Assembly: GCA_951813545.1 (NCBI GenBank) | Contig: OX638352.1 | Location: 4,736,835 to 4,800,834, forward strand | Reading direction: 5' to 3' | DNA length: 64,000 bases | DNA from: an uncultured Poribacteria bacterium | GTDB lineage: Bacteria > Poribacteria > WGA-4E > WGA-3G | Part shown: positions 10,452 to 21,068 of the stretch, piece after piece | Position numbering within the stretch: the first letter of the stretch is position 1 | Layout of the letters: every line of letters starts with the position of its first letter | Translations under genes and position numbers: made by a program | Notes under the pieces: model-generated | Told to the model about the DNA's origin: nothing | Seen by the model: the letters and a program-made list of their open reading frames with translations, nothing else | The model's database searches: none

Positions 10452-11597
10452 GTGGTTGCAGTGCCAAACATCTCGATGGAAAATCAGAAAACACGCGAAT
10501 TATTTGCGACGCTGAAGTTGCTGTCACCAGGTACTTATCTGAGGGAAGGTATTGATTATATCATCCAAGGCAAAACGGGCGGACTCATTGTGATTGGTGA
10601 TACGCCAGAGATCCTGGATTTGACAGAAGGTGGCTTCCGGATTAATTGCCCATATACACCGACACGCTTATATGAGTTATCAAAAATGGATGGCGCAATT
10701 ATACTTTCTGAAGATATAAAGCGCATCGTGCGTGCCAATGTGACGCTGCGAACAAGCTCCTCTGTTCCTTCTACTGAGACAGGACTTCGCCATCGCTCGG
10801 CGGATAAGTTTGCTAAAGAGATTGAGCATATCGTTCTTGCTGTATCACAGAGTCGTAATACTCTCACCTTGTATCTCAAAAATCAGCATTATATCTTCCG
10901 GGAATGTCCGACGTTGCTTTCCGGTGCGAACCAAACAATGCTTGCACTCACACAGCACCTCAAGGCACTGCAAAGTGCCATTGCGATTCTCAATTGGGCA
11001 GAGTTACGTGGGAATGCCACCTTAGCGGATGTTATCACTGCTATCCAATTGTGTGAACGGGTTCGCCGCGCTGAGCGGGAGCTGATCCGCTACAGAATTG
11101 AACTGGGGACGCAGGCGGAATCGCTACAACACATTCCCGAACTTACAACCGAGATTGAAAGTGGACTTCTGATTACAAAAGATTACTATCATGAAAGTCT
11201 GCGCGACGCATCTGAAGCGTTTAAGAAGATTCTGGGACTTGACGCAAACAGTCTCGCAAGTCAGGGTAATATTAGTGAAGCTTTGGGATATCCAAGTGAT
11301 ATTCCGAACACTTTTGATGTTCTTAAACCGCGTGGCTACCGGATGTTGAGTCAAGTGCCTTGCATTCCATTCACTACAATTGAAAACATCGTTCACAAGT
11401 TCAAAACGTTGGACGAAATTTACACAGCTGCTGTTGACGAACTTCAGGCGGTTGATGGGGTAGGAAAGGCGGAAGCAGCAACTATCAAAGACACACTCGC
11501 ACAAATGAAAACAACGAGTGTCCATCCTCATGTTCTTGCTTTGTCAGTGCCAAATGGTGAAAAGAGAAACCAACCCTTGAAGGATTGTGTTTTTTAG
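10452..11597 (+). CDS. disA: DNA integrity scanning diadenylate cyclase DisA
   Basis: KMDGAI (DGA) and TGLRHR (RHR) DAC motifs, linker domain, C-terminal HhH (VDGVGK); start may be 10452-10477. Confidence 0.88.
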   Translation: MVAVPNISMENQKTRELFATLKLLSPGTYLREGIDYIIQGKTGGLIVIGDTPEILDLTEGGFRINCPYTPTRLYELSKMDGAIILSEDIKRIVRANVTLRTSSSVPSTETGLRHRSADKFAKEIEHIVLAVSQSRNTLTLYLKNQHYIFRECPTLLSGANQTMLALTQHLKALQSAIAILNWAELRGNATLADVITAIQLCERVRRAERELIRYRIELGTQAESLQHIPELTTEIESGLLITKDYYHESLRDASEAFKKILGLDANSLASQGNISEALGYPSDIPNTFDVLKPRGYRMLSQVPCIPFTTIENIVHKFKTLDEIYTAAVDELQAVDGVGKAEAATIKDTLAQMKTTSVHPHVLALSVPNGEKRNQPLKDCVF

Positions 11598-11787
11598 AAA
11601 CTCGTAACAAATCGGAGACACGCGGCGCACGTCTATTTTCGTGTATTGTGGTGTTTCCGCTTAGAAACTTCAGAAGAAGGACAACGTAATCCTTCTTCTC
11701 CCTTACATTATAGCGATGCTATACAGAGAAAAAATTGACAATTCGACTGGAACCATGCACACACAAACAGATAAAAGGAGTCAGAAA

Positions 11788-13116
11788 ATGAAAGGGTTCA
11801 TCGCTTTATCGCGGAAGGGCAATATTGCACTGGGTAGAATTCTACTCATCGCTCTGATTCTCGCTGCGTTCGGTTTGACAGGATGCGGTGGGAAACTCGG
11901 AAAGATTGAAACATCGACGGTTGACACGGCGATTGCGGACGCTGACACGGCGATTGCAGCAGCACAAGCCGTTGATGCACCTTCGCTTGCGTCCGATTTG
12001 TTTGAAGCCGCGAAAGCCAATCTTGAAGCTGCCAGAACAGCACTCACGGAAAAAAGAGGCAACGATGCACTTCGCCTTGCATATCAAGCGACTGCTGATG
12101 CTACAGTCGCAAGAATGAATTCCGTCAACACCACCAAAAACTCGGAATTGAATGCGTCTATACTTCAGAGGGAAGCTGAGGCAGAAGCACTTCGCCATAC
12201 GCTCGGAAATAAAGAGCGGAAACTCGCAAGGGTTGAATCTGAAATTAAGGACATTCACAAAGAGGAAGAGCAACTGAACCAGAAAGTTCGGAACCTCCAG
12301 AAAGATAACCGTCAGTTGAGAAATTCACGGGAAACTTTTGGAAAACAGGTGGCGCAGCTTTCTGAAACTTTGGAAGAAATTCAGGGACGTGCCCAACGTG
12401 CAGAAGTCGAGATCGGTAATTACGGCAAGGAGATTGCAGCACTCCGCCGGAAACTCGAAGTCGCCGAAAGACGGGTGAAAGAAGAAGGGCATCAGAAACG
12501 AGCGGTTGTTTCTGAAATAGATTCTCTGAGGAGGCAACTCCGCGAACAAGCACAAATCTATACTGAGAAACTCGCTCAGGCAAATCAGCAGAGCTCAGAC
12601 GCGGTGCATGCAGAATATCTCAAACAGAAGGCACAAGAGGCGCGCTCCTTTGTTGACAGTCAACCGCCACTTCACCCTGCTAAAACAGGACGTATTTCTC
12701 TCTCTGCAGAACAGATCGCAACTGGTAAGGCTGCGCTTGGTAATTGGGAACGCGCATGGCATGCGAAAAACCTCAGCGGACATCTTGCGTATTATGAACC
12801 CAATGTTATTGCCGACAAGGTCGTGATCCGCGAAAGCAAAGAGCAGCGGAGCAAAATTGATCTGCAGCAATTGGAATCCGAACTTCATCAAATGAGTGCT
12901 AACGGTTGGGGCAAAGCGAAAACTGACACCGAGGTTGAAGGTGAAAGCGTCATAGGTATCCACCGGCTGACCCAATTGGCTACGCCCGCAGCAGACGAAA
13001 ACGCTACGGCACTCTACAATATCTGGATTCGTGAAGTTTGGATGCATCAAGTCGGTAACGACTGGAAAATCCATCATGAAATCTGGCAAATCTATGAGAA
13101 CGTGCCGAATTTCTAA
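11788..13116 (+). CDS. Lipoprotein: DUF4398-like helical region, long coiled coil, C-terminal NTF2-like domain
   Basis: AAGGAG RBS before 11788; LTGC lipobox; heptad-rich middle; WERAW..YY..WKIHHEIW NTF2-like end. Confidence 0.7.
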   Translation: MKGFIALSRKGNIALGRILLIALILAAFGLTGCGGKLGKIETSTVDTAIADADTAIAAAQAVDAPSLASDLFEAAKANLEAARTALTEKRGNDALRLAYQATADATVARMNSVNTTKNSELNASILQREAEAEALRHTLGNKERKLARVESEIKDIHKEEEQLNQKVRNLQKDNRQLRNSRETFGKQVAQLSETLEEIQGRAQRAEVEIGNYGKEIAALRRKLEVAERRVKEEGHQKRAVVSEIDSLRRQLREQAQIYTEKLAQANQQSSDAVHAEYLKQKAQEARSFVDSQPPLHPAKTGRISLSAEQIATGKAALGNWERAWHAKNLSGHLAYYEPNVIADKVVIRESKEQRSKIDLQQLESELHQMSANGWGKAKTDTEVEGESVIGIHRLTQLATPAADENATALYNIWIREVWMHQVGNDWKIHHEIWQIYENVPNF

Positions 13117-13149
13117 GCACCAATCTCAACCAAGAACGGAGGTTAAATT

Positions 13150-14556
13150 GTGAACGACGCACAGAACCGGCAAGACAGCCAAAAGAAATTCACTATGCCC
13201 CGGAGTTTGATTTGGGGTGGTGCCGTTGCGGCAATCGTTATCGCTTTTGTATTATTTCTTGTGGTCTTCATGAGTTCCACTGAGATGCCTGCTGCCTTTT
13301 TAGCGAAATGGAAAAGTTCGCTTGAAACTGGTGATGTTAAAAGATATGAATCACTCTGGGTGAAAAGTGCGCGACAGCGCGCCAGTAGCGGTTATCAAGA
13401 TACAGCGAGACTCCTTAGAGATAAAGTAGACATCGAGGTTAACCTTGGAGGTGCTAGCCAACCGTACCGAGTGCCACGTTACACGAATCGTTTCCGGATT
13501 GAAGCGATTCCACTCATTGTCTCTTTCCCCGGCGAAACGCAACAGCAGATGCGAAATCTCGTCATTGAAAAGAGGGGTATTATCCAACAACGGTGGAAAA
13601 TTGTCATGGATGAGATAGTTGGCAGCGAATTGACCGCGACACTTCCAACTTCTGATTTCACACAGGAGACCGAAATTTCAGAACAGCCAAACAGCCCTGT
13701 AGTTCCGTTGGTTATGGCTTGGAAAGGCGCAGTAGAATCCCAAGATTTAAAGCAGTATACCGACTTGTGGGATAAATCCGCCCGAAAAAAGCGAGCAGCA
13801 AGTTTTGGACGTGCCACGGAACTGATGTCGCAAATCCATGTAATAGATCTCGCTGGAGCTATGTACACCGCTGTCCCACGGCATAAAAACCGGCACGTGG
13901 TTGACAACATTCACGTAACTCTGCAAGATGGCGGCGATATTATTGAGACACACATCCGCACACTTACTATTGAGAAAAAAGGGTTTTTCAGAAGAAAATG
14001 GAAACTCATTAACGATCAGATTGGTGTCGTGTCTGATTCTATTGCTCTTGCATCAGATGTATCAGGCGCAGACACTGTCTCCGGTGAGGAGTCGGGTGGT
14101 GCTTTCGATGGAAACGCCCCACTTGATACACACCTCAAAGTGAGGCAGGTCTTAGGGAAATGGCAGACAGCTTGGGAAGAGAAGGACCTGCAAACTTACA
14201 TGTCCATCTATTCAGAGAGATCTCGAATTACCCGTGTCAATGTGCGTGGTGGAAAGGAAACTAAGGTTCATCTCTCGAAAGGGCAGCTCCGCAGCAAGAT
14301 GAGAAAACTGAATACCATGTACGCTGATATCCAGGTCTCCATCTCTAATTTACAGGTTAACGGAGATCGGGCAGTGGCAGATGTCAAGTTTTTACAAAAA
14401 TTCAGTGGTACACCTGCGAGCGGTAGCCGTCCCGCCTACTCCGATTACGGCACCAAAAAGCTGAATCTCATGGTAGATCCGGCAGATGGACATTGGCGAA
14501 TCTACTCCGAGACATGGAGCCGCTACGAGGATGTACCTGATTTTCCAAAGATGTAG
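13150..14556 (+). CDS. Single-pass membrane protein with three tandem NTF2-like (Csd6 C-terminal-like) domains
   Basis: N-terminal TM helix; three repeats of W(K/Q)xxxExxDxxxYxx(L/I)(W/Y)...W(K/R)(I/L). Confidence 0.65.
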   Translation: MNDAQNRQDSQKKFTMPRSLIWGGAVAAIVIAFVLFLVVFMSSTEMPAAFLAKWKSSLETGDVKRYESLWVKSARQRASSGYQDTARLLRDKVDIEVNLGGASQPYRVPRYTNRFRIEAIPLIVSFPGETQQQMRNLVIEKRGIIQQRWKIVMDEIVGSELTATLPTSDFTQETEISEQPNSPVVPLVMAWKGAVESQDLKQYTDLWDKSARKKRAASFGRATELMSQIHVIDLAGAMYTAVPRHKNRHVVDNIHVTLQDGGDIIETHIRTLTIEKKGFFRRKWKLINDQIGVVSDSIALASDVSGADTVSGEESGGAFDGNAPLDTHLKVRQVLGKWQTAWEEKDLQTYMSIYSERSRITRVNVRGGKETKVHLSKGQLRSKMRKLNTMYADIQVSISNLQVNGDRAVADVKFLQKFSGTPASGSRPAYSDYGTKKLNLMVDPADGHWRIYSETWSRYEDVPDFPKM

Positions 14557-14622
14557 TCATGTGAACATTTTGCGGTTGGCGCGCTTGCAAGGCGCGCCAA
14601 CTTGTATTAAAGATAACCGAAC

Positions 14623-15039
14623 ATGTCCACCGAGTACCGAACCAAGCGTAGAATCGAGTTTACTGATACCGATATGGCAGGTATCGTCCATTTTACGCGA
14701 TTTTTTGTCTTTATGGAGACTGCGGAGCATGAATTCCTCCGCAGTTTAGGGACGAGCGTTGCCACCGAATGGAACGGCGATAAAATCGGATGGCCCCGAC
14801 TTGCTGCCTCTTGCGAATATTTAAGCCCGCTCCGGTTTGAAGACGAGGTGGATATTCATCTTGTGGTCTCCAAAAAAGGGACGAAATCGCTTACCTATCA
14901 ATTCCACTTCACACATCACGGAGAGGACATCGCACGTGGGCAACTCACAACAGTCTGTTGTGTGACAAATCCGGGTGAAAAACTACGTGCAATTCCTATC
15001 CCCGATTTCATTGCTAACCAGATACACTGTTCACCGTAG
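14623..15039 (+). CDS. 4HBT/YbgC-family acyl-CoA thioesterase
   Basis: FTDTDMAGIVHF hot-dog fold motif. Confidence 0.9.
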   Translation: MSTEYRTKRRIEFTDTDMAGIVHFTRFFVFMETAEHEFLRSLGTSVATEWNGDKIGWPRLAASCEYLSPLRFEDEVDIHLVVSKKGTKSLTYQFHFTHHGEDIARGQLTTVCCVTNPGEKLRAIPIPDFIANQIHCSP

Positions 15040-15080
15040 ATGAGCCTTCCCACCTCACCTCACAGGAGATTACGAAGATC

Positions 15081-15776
15081 ATGAGACAATCGCTTACTGG
15101 CACTTTCTCGCTTAAAGTATCCAATCTATCTAAAGACTTCGGGACAGTTCAGGTATTACGAGATATTTCATTTGACTTCACAGACGATGTATCTGTCGCT
15201 ATCACCGGTCCCTCCGGCTCCGGTAAAAGTACACTTTTACATATCATTGGCACTTTAGAGAAACCCTCTAACGGACAGGTTAGGATTAACAACACGGATC
15301 CGTTTGCGCTTTCTGAACCTGAATTGGCACGATATCGGAATTCCGTGATAGGGTTTGTGTTTCAGGACCATCACTTGCTCCCGCAATATTCCGTGCTTGA
15401 AAATGTCCTCGTGCCTACACTCGCCTTTAAACAGGAACCTGACGCTACCGAACGGGCGCATGAACTCCTTGATCGGGTCGGGCTTACGGATCGTATATGG
15501 CATCGACCTGCTGAGCTTTCAGGTGGCGAACGGCAACGCGTCGCTATCGCGCGTGCACTTATCAACCAACCGGATATTCTCCTTTGCGATGAGCCGACAG
15601 GTAACCTCGATACTGCTACTACTGAAACTATCGCCAACCTGCTCTTTGAACTACATCAAGCCGAAAAAAACATATTGATTGTCGTTACACATAATCTTAC
15701 GCTCGCTTTGCGTTTTCAGGAACACCTCCAGCTTGTGGAAGGCAGGTGCAGCATCGAGGGCAATTCCGAATCGTAA
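15081..15776 (+). CDS. LolD/MacB-type ABC transporter ATP-binding protein
   Basis: [32 protein letters not shown]. Confidence 0.93.
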   Translation: MRQSLTGTFSLKVSNLSKDFGTVQVLRDISFDFTDDVSVAITGPSGSGKSTLLHIIGTLEKPSNGQVRINNTDPFALSEPELARYRNSVIGFVFQDHHLLPQYSVLENVLVPTLAFKQEPDATERAHELLDRVGLTDRIWHRPAELSGGERQRVAIARALINQPDILLCDEPTGNLDTATTETIANLLFELHQAEKNILIVVTHNLTLALRFQEHLQLVEGRCSIEGNSES

Positions 15777-15864
15777 TGTGAAAAAGAGTATTAAAGAGAT
15801 ATTAGCAAACCGATAAAGGAGGTTTGCGGTCTGAACCAAAGAGCGTTTAGAACCAATTTTTTCA

Positions 15865-18800
15865 ATGTGCTTGCGTCAATTTAAAAAATCCTTTAGATAC
15901 TTTTGGCAAATACATCTTACTGTTGCACTCTGTACTGCTGTAGCAACAGGCGTACTTGCTGGCGCATTAATTGTCGGGGATTCCGTGCGTGGGAGTCTAC
16001 GGAGTCTCACAACTGAACGACTCGGCACAATTCAACATGCCCTCCTCGCAGACCACTTTTTTCAACCCAACCTATTAAATCGACAGGATAAGGTATCAGC
16101 GATTCTATTGAATGGGACAATCGTTGCACCACAGAAGCAGACGCGGGCATCAAAGGTGAACATCCTCGGTATAACGGAAAGTTTCTTTACGTTCTGGGAT
16201 GCGGACACTGCGCCAAATCTAAACAAAGCAGCTGGACAACCCTTCAATGCGATTGTCATTAACGAGGCACTCCAAAGTGAACTGAACGCCCAAGTCGGCG
16301 ATACGCTTCTGGTGAATATACCGCAAGTGGCTGACATCCATCCAGAATTCATCCTCGGTGAGCGCGATGCGTCTGAGGCTATCCAAAGCCTTCGTTTGGT
16401 TATCGGCGACGTTGTTCCCGCTGAAAACGTCGGTAGATTCAGTTTGCGAGTACATCAAAGCCTTCCGCTAAATGCCTTTATCGCACTTCCAGTTTTACAA
16501 AAAGCACTTGGACAGGAAAATAAAGTAAACGCCCTTTTTACAAAGCAAACGGCTCCGATTTCATCTGACGAGCTTGTATTAACGCTTGAAGCACTCGGAT
16601 TGAATATTCAGGAGCATGAAACCCATTTCGATCTCCAAAGTCAAGAGTATCTTCTTAAGCCGATCTTTTCAGAGGCTGCGTTGACGGTTGCAGTGCGGAA
16701 CCAGATTCCAACCTTTTCGACGCTCACCTATCTCGCGAATACGATTTCTGCGAATGGCAAAACCGTTCCATACTCCACAATTGTTGCACTCCCGACTGAC
16801 CAAGGAACGTTTGCGGAATATCTCGACAGGCACGTGACTGAAACAGATATGTGGGCGTATGGACAGGCATACGATCAGGAAATCAAACGGCGAGAACCGG
16901 AAATCTCTGAAGAAAATAAAAAACTGGACGAAAAGATAGACAGAATAACAAAAGAAGTGAACACGTTAGCGGAAACAGGGTCGAAACTGAGCAAAACAGA
17001 ATACAAGCAACGACTCGACGAAGCTGATATTGCCTCGACAGAAGTTCAAAACGCATTAAAAGCACATCGCGCTCGGAGGAAGCCTGGTGAGATCGTCCTG
17101 AATACATGGACGGCAGCGGATCTTGGGGTGAAAGTCGGCGACGGAATCAATATCACATATTATCGTGTCGGGGCGAGTGAGGAATACATCATAGAAACGG
17201 CATCTTTTCTGCTGAAGGGAATTCTACCGATTGAAGGCATCGCTGCGGATAGAGGTATCATCCCCACCTTTCCCGGTATCCATAATACTGCCGATATGTC
17301 CGAATGGGAATCGCCTTTTCCAATTGATTACGCCCTTATTCGCGACAAGGACGAGGCGTATTGGGATGAATACGGTGCGACACCGAAAGCGTTTATCTCG
17401 CTGGAAACCGGTCAGCGGTTGTGGCAGAATCGATTCGGCACCCTCACAAGTATTCGGATGACCACCGCACCGGACACAGACATTCGTGAAACGCTCACCC
17501 GTTTTGAAACCGAATTCCTCAAAAAGATTCAGCCAGAGGAGGTTGGATTTCAATTCTTATCGCTTCAGGCAGATGGACTTCAAGCCTCTACGGGCGCGAC
17601 GGACTTCGGGATGCTCTTTGGCAGTCTGAGTGCCTTTATCATTATTGCGGTTGCCTTGCTGGTGGGGATGCTTTTCCGAATCGGTGTAGAGCAAAGATCG
17701 CGTGAAATAGGTATCCTACAGGCTATTGGTTACCCGCTTGTCAAGATCCGCCGTCGTTTCCTATATGAGGGGGGCATCATCGCTGGTATCGGTAGTCTCA
17801 TCGGGTGTCTGCTCGCTGTAGGTTACGCACAGCTGATGATATTTGGGCTACAGACGTGGTGGTTGCCTGCCATTGGGACTCCGTTTATGGAACTTCACGC
17901 CAGTCCGTGGAGTCTACTGAGTGGCGTGCTTATCTCACTGGCTGTTGTGATGATTTCTATCCGTGTGACTGTCCACAAATTGGGGAAAACTTCGGTTGTA
18001 TCGCTCCTCGCCGGTGGAACCGATTTTGTTGATGCAACGACAACAAGCAAGCCCAAAACTCGGAAAGCAGGACCCTTTCTCTTTTTTGTCGCCTTGGTTG
18101 GTATAGGTGTAGGCATATTAGTGGGGAATCCTATAGTTCGTTTGCTATGTGTTGCACTTACTATTATTGCTATAGGGGCGGAGGCATTCGATAGATGGTT
18201 AAAATCACAGAATGCATCAAAACGGTTGAGTAGGATGCGATTTGCCGTCAAAAATGCTGGGCGGCAGCCCGGACGGAGCACAACCTGTGTTATAACAGTC
18301 GGGATCGCGTGCTGTATCATCGTCGCTGTAGGCGCGAATCGACACGACGCACCGCCAGAGACAGAATATGCTTTTGTTGCTGAGTCCTCGCTCCCGTTAC
18401 ATCACAGCCTCAATACACCGGACGGCAGATTTGAACTCGGCTTTTCTGAGAACGCCTCCGAACTCCTCAGTGCGTCAGAAATAATTCCGTTTCGTGTTTT
18501 GCCGGGCGAAGATGTGAGCTGCCTCAACCTCTATCAGCCCCAGAAACCACAAATTTTGGGTGCCTCTGACACCATGTTAGATGAATTCCCTTGGCGCAAA
18601 CTCAAACTAAAACTCAGCGAAATCGGTAGAGTCCTTGCTATCGGGGACGAGAAGTCGCTTCGTTGGATTTTACACCATGACCCGAAAGACGATTTTCTCG
18701 TCCAAGATGAATTTGGAAAAGCACTCCGTCTCGAACTTGAGACGGTTGAGAACAGCATTTTCCAAAGCCAATTGATTATCTCTGAGTCGAATTTCACGAA

Positions 18801-19338
18801 ATACTTTCCGAGCCAAAGCGGATACCAGTTTTTTCTCATCAAAACGCCGCCCGCGCTGCGGGAGGAAACCGCACAGATTTTAGAGAAAACACTGAGTGAT
18901 TACGGGTTTGATCTTACGTCAGCAGCGGCGCGGTTGGCAAGTTATCGAGCGGTTGAAAACACCTATATTTCCACTTTCCAGAGTCTTGGTGGTTTAGGGG
19001 TGCTCCTCGGTACATTCGGGCTGGCACTGGTACTGTTTAGGAATATCATTGAGCGTCGCGGGGAATTGGCGACCCTACGCGCCTTCGGTTTCCAACGACG
19101 ATTACTCTCGCGGATGTTGTTTCTTGAAAACTGCTTTCTTCTTGTAATCGGGATGTTCATCGGAATTGCCGCTGGGCTTGCCGCAATTCTCGCTTCGCAA
19201 GGACATCTCCCTTCCTTTCCATGGTTTTCCCTCACAATTACCTTGCTTTTCATCTTCGGTTTTGGTATAATTGCAAATGCAGTTGCTGTTGCCGTGGCAC
19301 TCCGAAGTCCGCTCCTGTCAACGCTTAAATCGGAGTAA
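15865..19338 (+). CDS. FtsX/MacB-like ABC transporter permease with two FtsX modules
   Basis: EQRSREIGILQAIG and ERRGELATLRAFG motifs; multiple TM segments. Confidence 0.9.
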   Translation: MCLRQFKKSFRYFWQIHLTVALCTAVATGVLAGALIVGDSVRGSLRSLTTERLGTIQHALLADHFFQPNLLNRQDKVSAILLNGTIVAPQKQTRASKVNILGITESFFTFWDADTAPNLNKAAGQPFNAIVINEALQSELNAQVGDTLLVNIPQVADIHPEFILGERDASEAIQSLRLVIGDVVPAENVGRFSLRVHQSLPLNAFIALPVLQKALGQENKVNALFTKQTAPISSDELVLTLEALGLNIQEHETHFDLQSQEYLLKPIFSEAALTVAVRNQIPTFSTLTYLANTISANGKTVPYSTIVALPTDQGTFAEYLDRHVTETDMWAYGQAYDQEIKRREPEISEENKKLDEKIDRITKEVNTLAETGSKLSKTEYKQRLDEADIASTEVQNALKAHRARRKPGEIVLNTWTAADLGVKVGDGINITYYRVGASEEYIIETASFLLKGILPIEGIAADRGIIPTFPGIHNTADMSEWESPFPIDYALIRDKDEAYWDEYGATPKAFISLETGQRLWQNRFGTLTSIRMTTAPDTDIRETLTRFETEFLKKIQPEEVGFQFLSLQADGLQASTGATDFGMLFGSLSAFIIIAVALLVGMLFRIGVEQRSREIGILQAIGYPLVKIRRRFLYEGGIIAGIGSLIGCLLAVGYAQLMIFGLQTWWLPAIGTPFMELHASPWSLLSGVLISLAVVMISIRVTVHKLGKTSVVSLLAGGTDFVDATTTSKPKTRKAGPFLFFVALVGIGVGILVGNPIVRLLCVALTIIAIGAEAFDRWLKSQNASKRLSRMRFAVKNAGRQPGRSTTCVITVGIACCIIVAVGANRHDAPPETEYAFVAESSLPLHHSLNTPDGRFELGFSENASELLSASEIIPFRVLPGEDVSCLNLYQPQKPQILGASDTMLDEFPWRKLKLKLSEIGRVLAIGDEKSLRWILHHDPKDDFLVQDEFGKALRLELETVENSIFQSQLIISESNFTKYFPSQSGYQFFLIKTPPALREETAQILEKTLSDYGFDLTSAAARLASYRAVENTYISTFQSLGGLGVLLGTFGLALVLFRNIIERRGELATLRAFGFQRRLLSRMLFLENCFLLVIGMFIGIAAGLAAILASQGHLPSFPWFSLTITLLFIFGFGIIANAVAVAVALRSPLLSTLKSE

Positions 19339-19427
19339 AATCTCTGTATACGTGTTTTTTAGCGTAGGTAAACTCTCAAACCTGTTTGTTTGAAGTCTTG
19401 CTGCGTGAGGTTTCCAATTAGGGACAC

Positions 19428-20045
19428 ATGATGCATCCTATTACATTCAGAACTGCGCCTCATATCATCTGTGCAGCGATGCTCGTTTCCTGCTTTTTGA
19501 TGCAGAGCGGGTGTTCCAGTGATTCAGACCCAAATACGCCAAGCGCACTGGGGCACATGGAACGCGGATGGAGTGCCTACGAGTCGGGTAACTATGCGCA
19601 AGCATTGCTCAATTTTGAGCGGGCGATCAACTTTGATGAGGAACTTGCCGATGCGCACAACGGAGTGGGATGGAGTCATCTCAGCCTATCGCTGAATCCG
19701 CCGTTGGCACAGGAGGCATTCCAAAACGCCGTACAACTTGATGCCTCAAATGCGGACGCATGGGTTGGGCTAGCGAACGTACTCTACTTACGGCACAAAG
19801 ATGCCAAAGATGCCACTGATTTCAGGTCTGCTATCCGAGCGATTGATAACGCCTTACAGGGGGACGCGCAATACCTCTTTCGGCATGACTATCATTCCAA
19901 TGCGGAACTCTATGCGCTTAAGGCGGCGTGCTACTATTATATCGGTGAGAACCAATCCGCGAGGCAGGAGGCTAACAAGGCACTCCAAATTGATACGACA
20001 AATAGGACTGCTATTGTCCTACAAAATCTACTGAAGGAAGAATAG
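19428..20045 (+). CDS. TPR-containing lipoprotein
   Basis: QSGC lipobox; TPR-like A..F..A...D...ADA..G helices. Confidence 0.75.
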   Translation: MMHPITFRTAPHIICAAMLVSCFLMQSGCSSDSDPNTPSALGHMERGWSAYESGNYAQALLNFERAINFDEELADAHNGVGWSHLSLSLNPPLAQEAFQNAVQLDASNADAWVGLANVLYLRHKDAKDATDFRSAIRAIDNALQGDAQYLFRHDYHSNAELYALKAACYYYIGENQSARQEANKALQIDTTNRTAIVLQNLLKEE

Positions 20046-20129
20046 CATCCGCATTTCTTGCTTTCAAATCACCCAATTTTCACATTTCTATCTTCATTAT
20101 CTCAAATTTTGAATTTAGGAGAAAAGAGT

Positions 20130-21023
20130 ATGTCTCAAAACGTTATTACATCTACACAATTAACTAACTTAACCCCGGCGCACAGCGGTAAAGTGCGCGA
20201 TCTCTATGACCTCGGTGATGAACTCCTGATCATCTCCACGGATCGGATTTCTGCCTTTGATGTCGTTTTACCAAACGGTATCCCAGATAAAGGTAGCGTT
20301 TTAACCGGTTTGTCCAAATTCTGGTTTAACTACACCGAATCTGTCGCCGAAAATCACCTTATTACGACTGAGGTTGAAGATTACCCCGATACGTTACACC
20401 CCGATGCGGAACTCTTAAAAGGACGCTCTATGCTCGTTCACAAAGCGGATCGGGTTGATATTGAGTGCGTTGTCCGTGGTTATCTCGCAGGATCTGGCTG
20501 GTCCTCATACCAGAAGACAGGCGAAATCTGTGGGCAGAAACTTCCCGATGGGCTACGCGAATCTGAACGGCTCCCTGAGCTTCTATTCACGCCCACAACC
20601 AAAGCTGAACACGGTGCGCATGACGAACCGATCTCTATTGAAGAGATGAAGAACCAAGTCGGTGGCGAACTTACAGATCGATTGATTGATGCCAGTTTCG
20701 AGCTTTTCAAAGCTGCGAGTCAGCACGCGGAAAGTGCCGGTATTATCCTCTGTGATACCAAGTTTGAGTTCGGGCAACGCGATGGCAAACTGATTGTTAT
20801 TGATGAAGTCTTTACACCTGATTCATCTCGCTTCTGGCCCGCTGATCTTTACGAACCCGGTAAGCCTCAGCAGAGTTTCGATAAGCAGTTCGTACGGGAT
20901 TATCTCTCTGAAATTCGTTGGAACAAAGAACCCCCCGCGCCTGAGTTACCAGAGACGGTTATCTCCAAAACGAGTGAGAAGTACCGCGAGGCGTATCGTC
21001 TCATCGTTGGTGAAGAGTTGTAG
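20130..21023 (+). CDS. purC: SAICAR synthetase
   Basis: GKVRDLY, DRISAFD, DTKFEFG, TPDSSRFW; AGGAG RBS before 20130. Confidence 0.96.
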   Translation: MSQNVITSTQLTNLTPAHSGKVRDLYDLGDELLIISTDRISAFDVVLPNGIPDKGSVLTGLSKFWFNYTESVAENHLITTEVEDYPDTLHPDAELLKGRSMLVHKADRVDIECVVRGYLAGSGWSSYQKTGEICGQKLPDGLRESERLPELLFTPTTKAEHGAHDEPISIEEMKNQVGGELTDRLIDASFELFKAASQHAESAGIILCDTKFEFGQRDGKLIVIDEVFTPDSSRFWPADLYEPGKPQQSFDKQFVRDYLSEIRWNKEPPAPELPETVISKTSEKYREAYRLIVGEEL

Positions 21024-21068
21024 AATCGGACTGCGTTCACGATTTCCGTTAGACCGAGGAGATGACGG

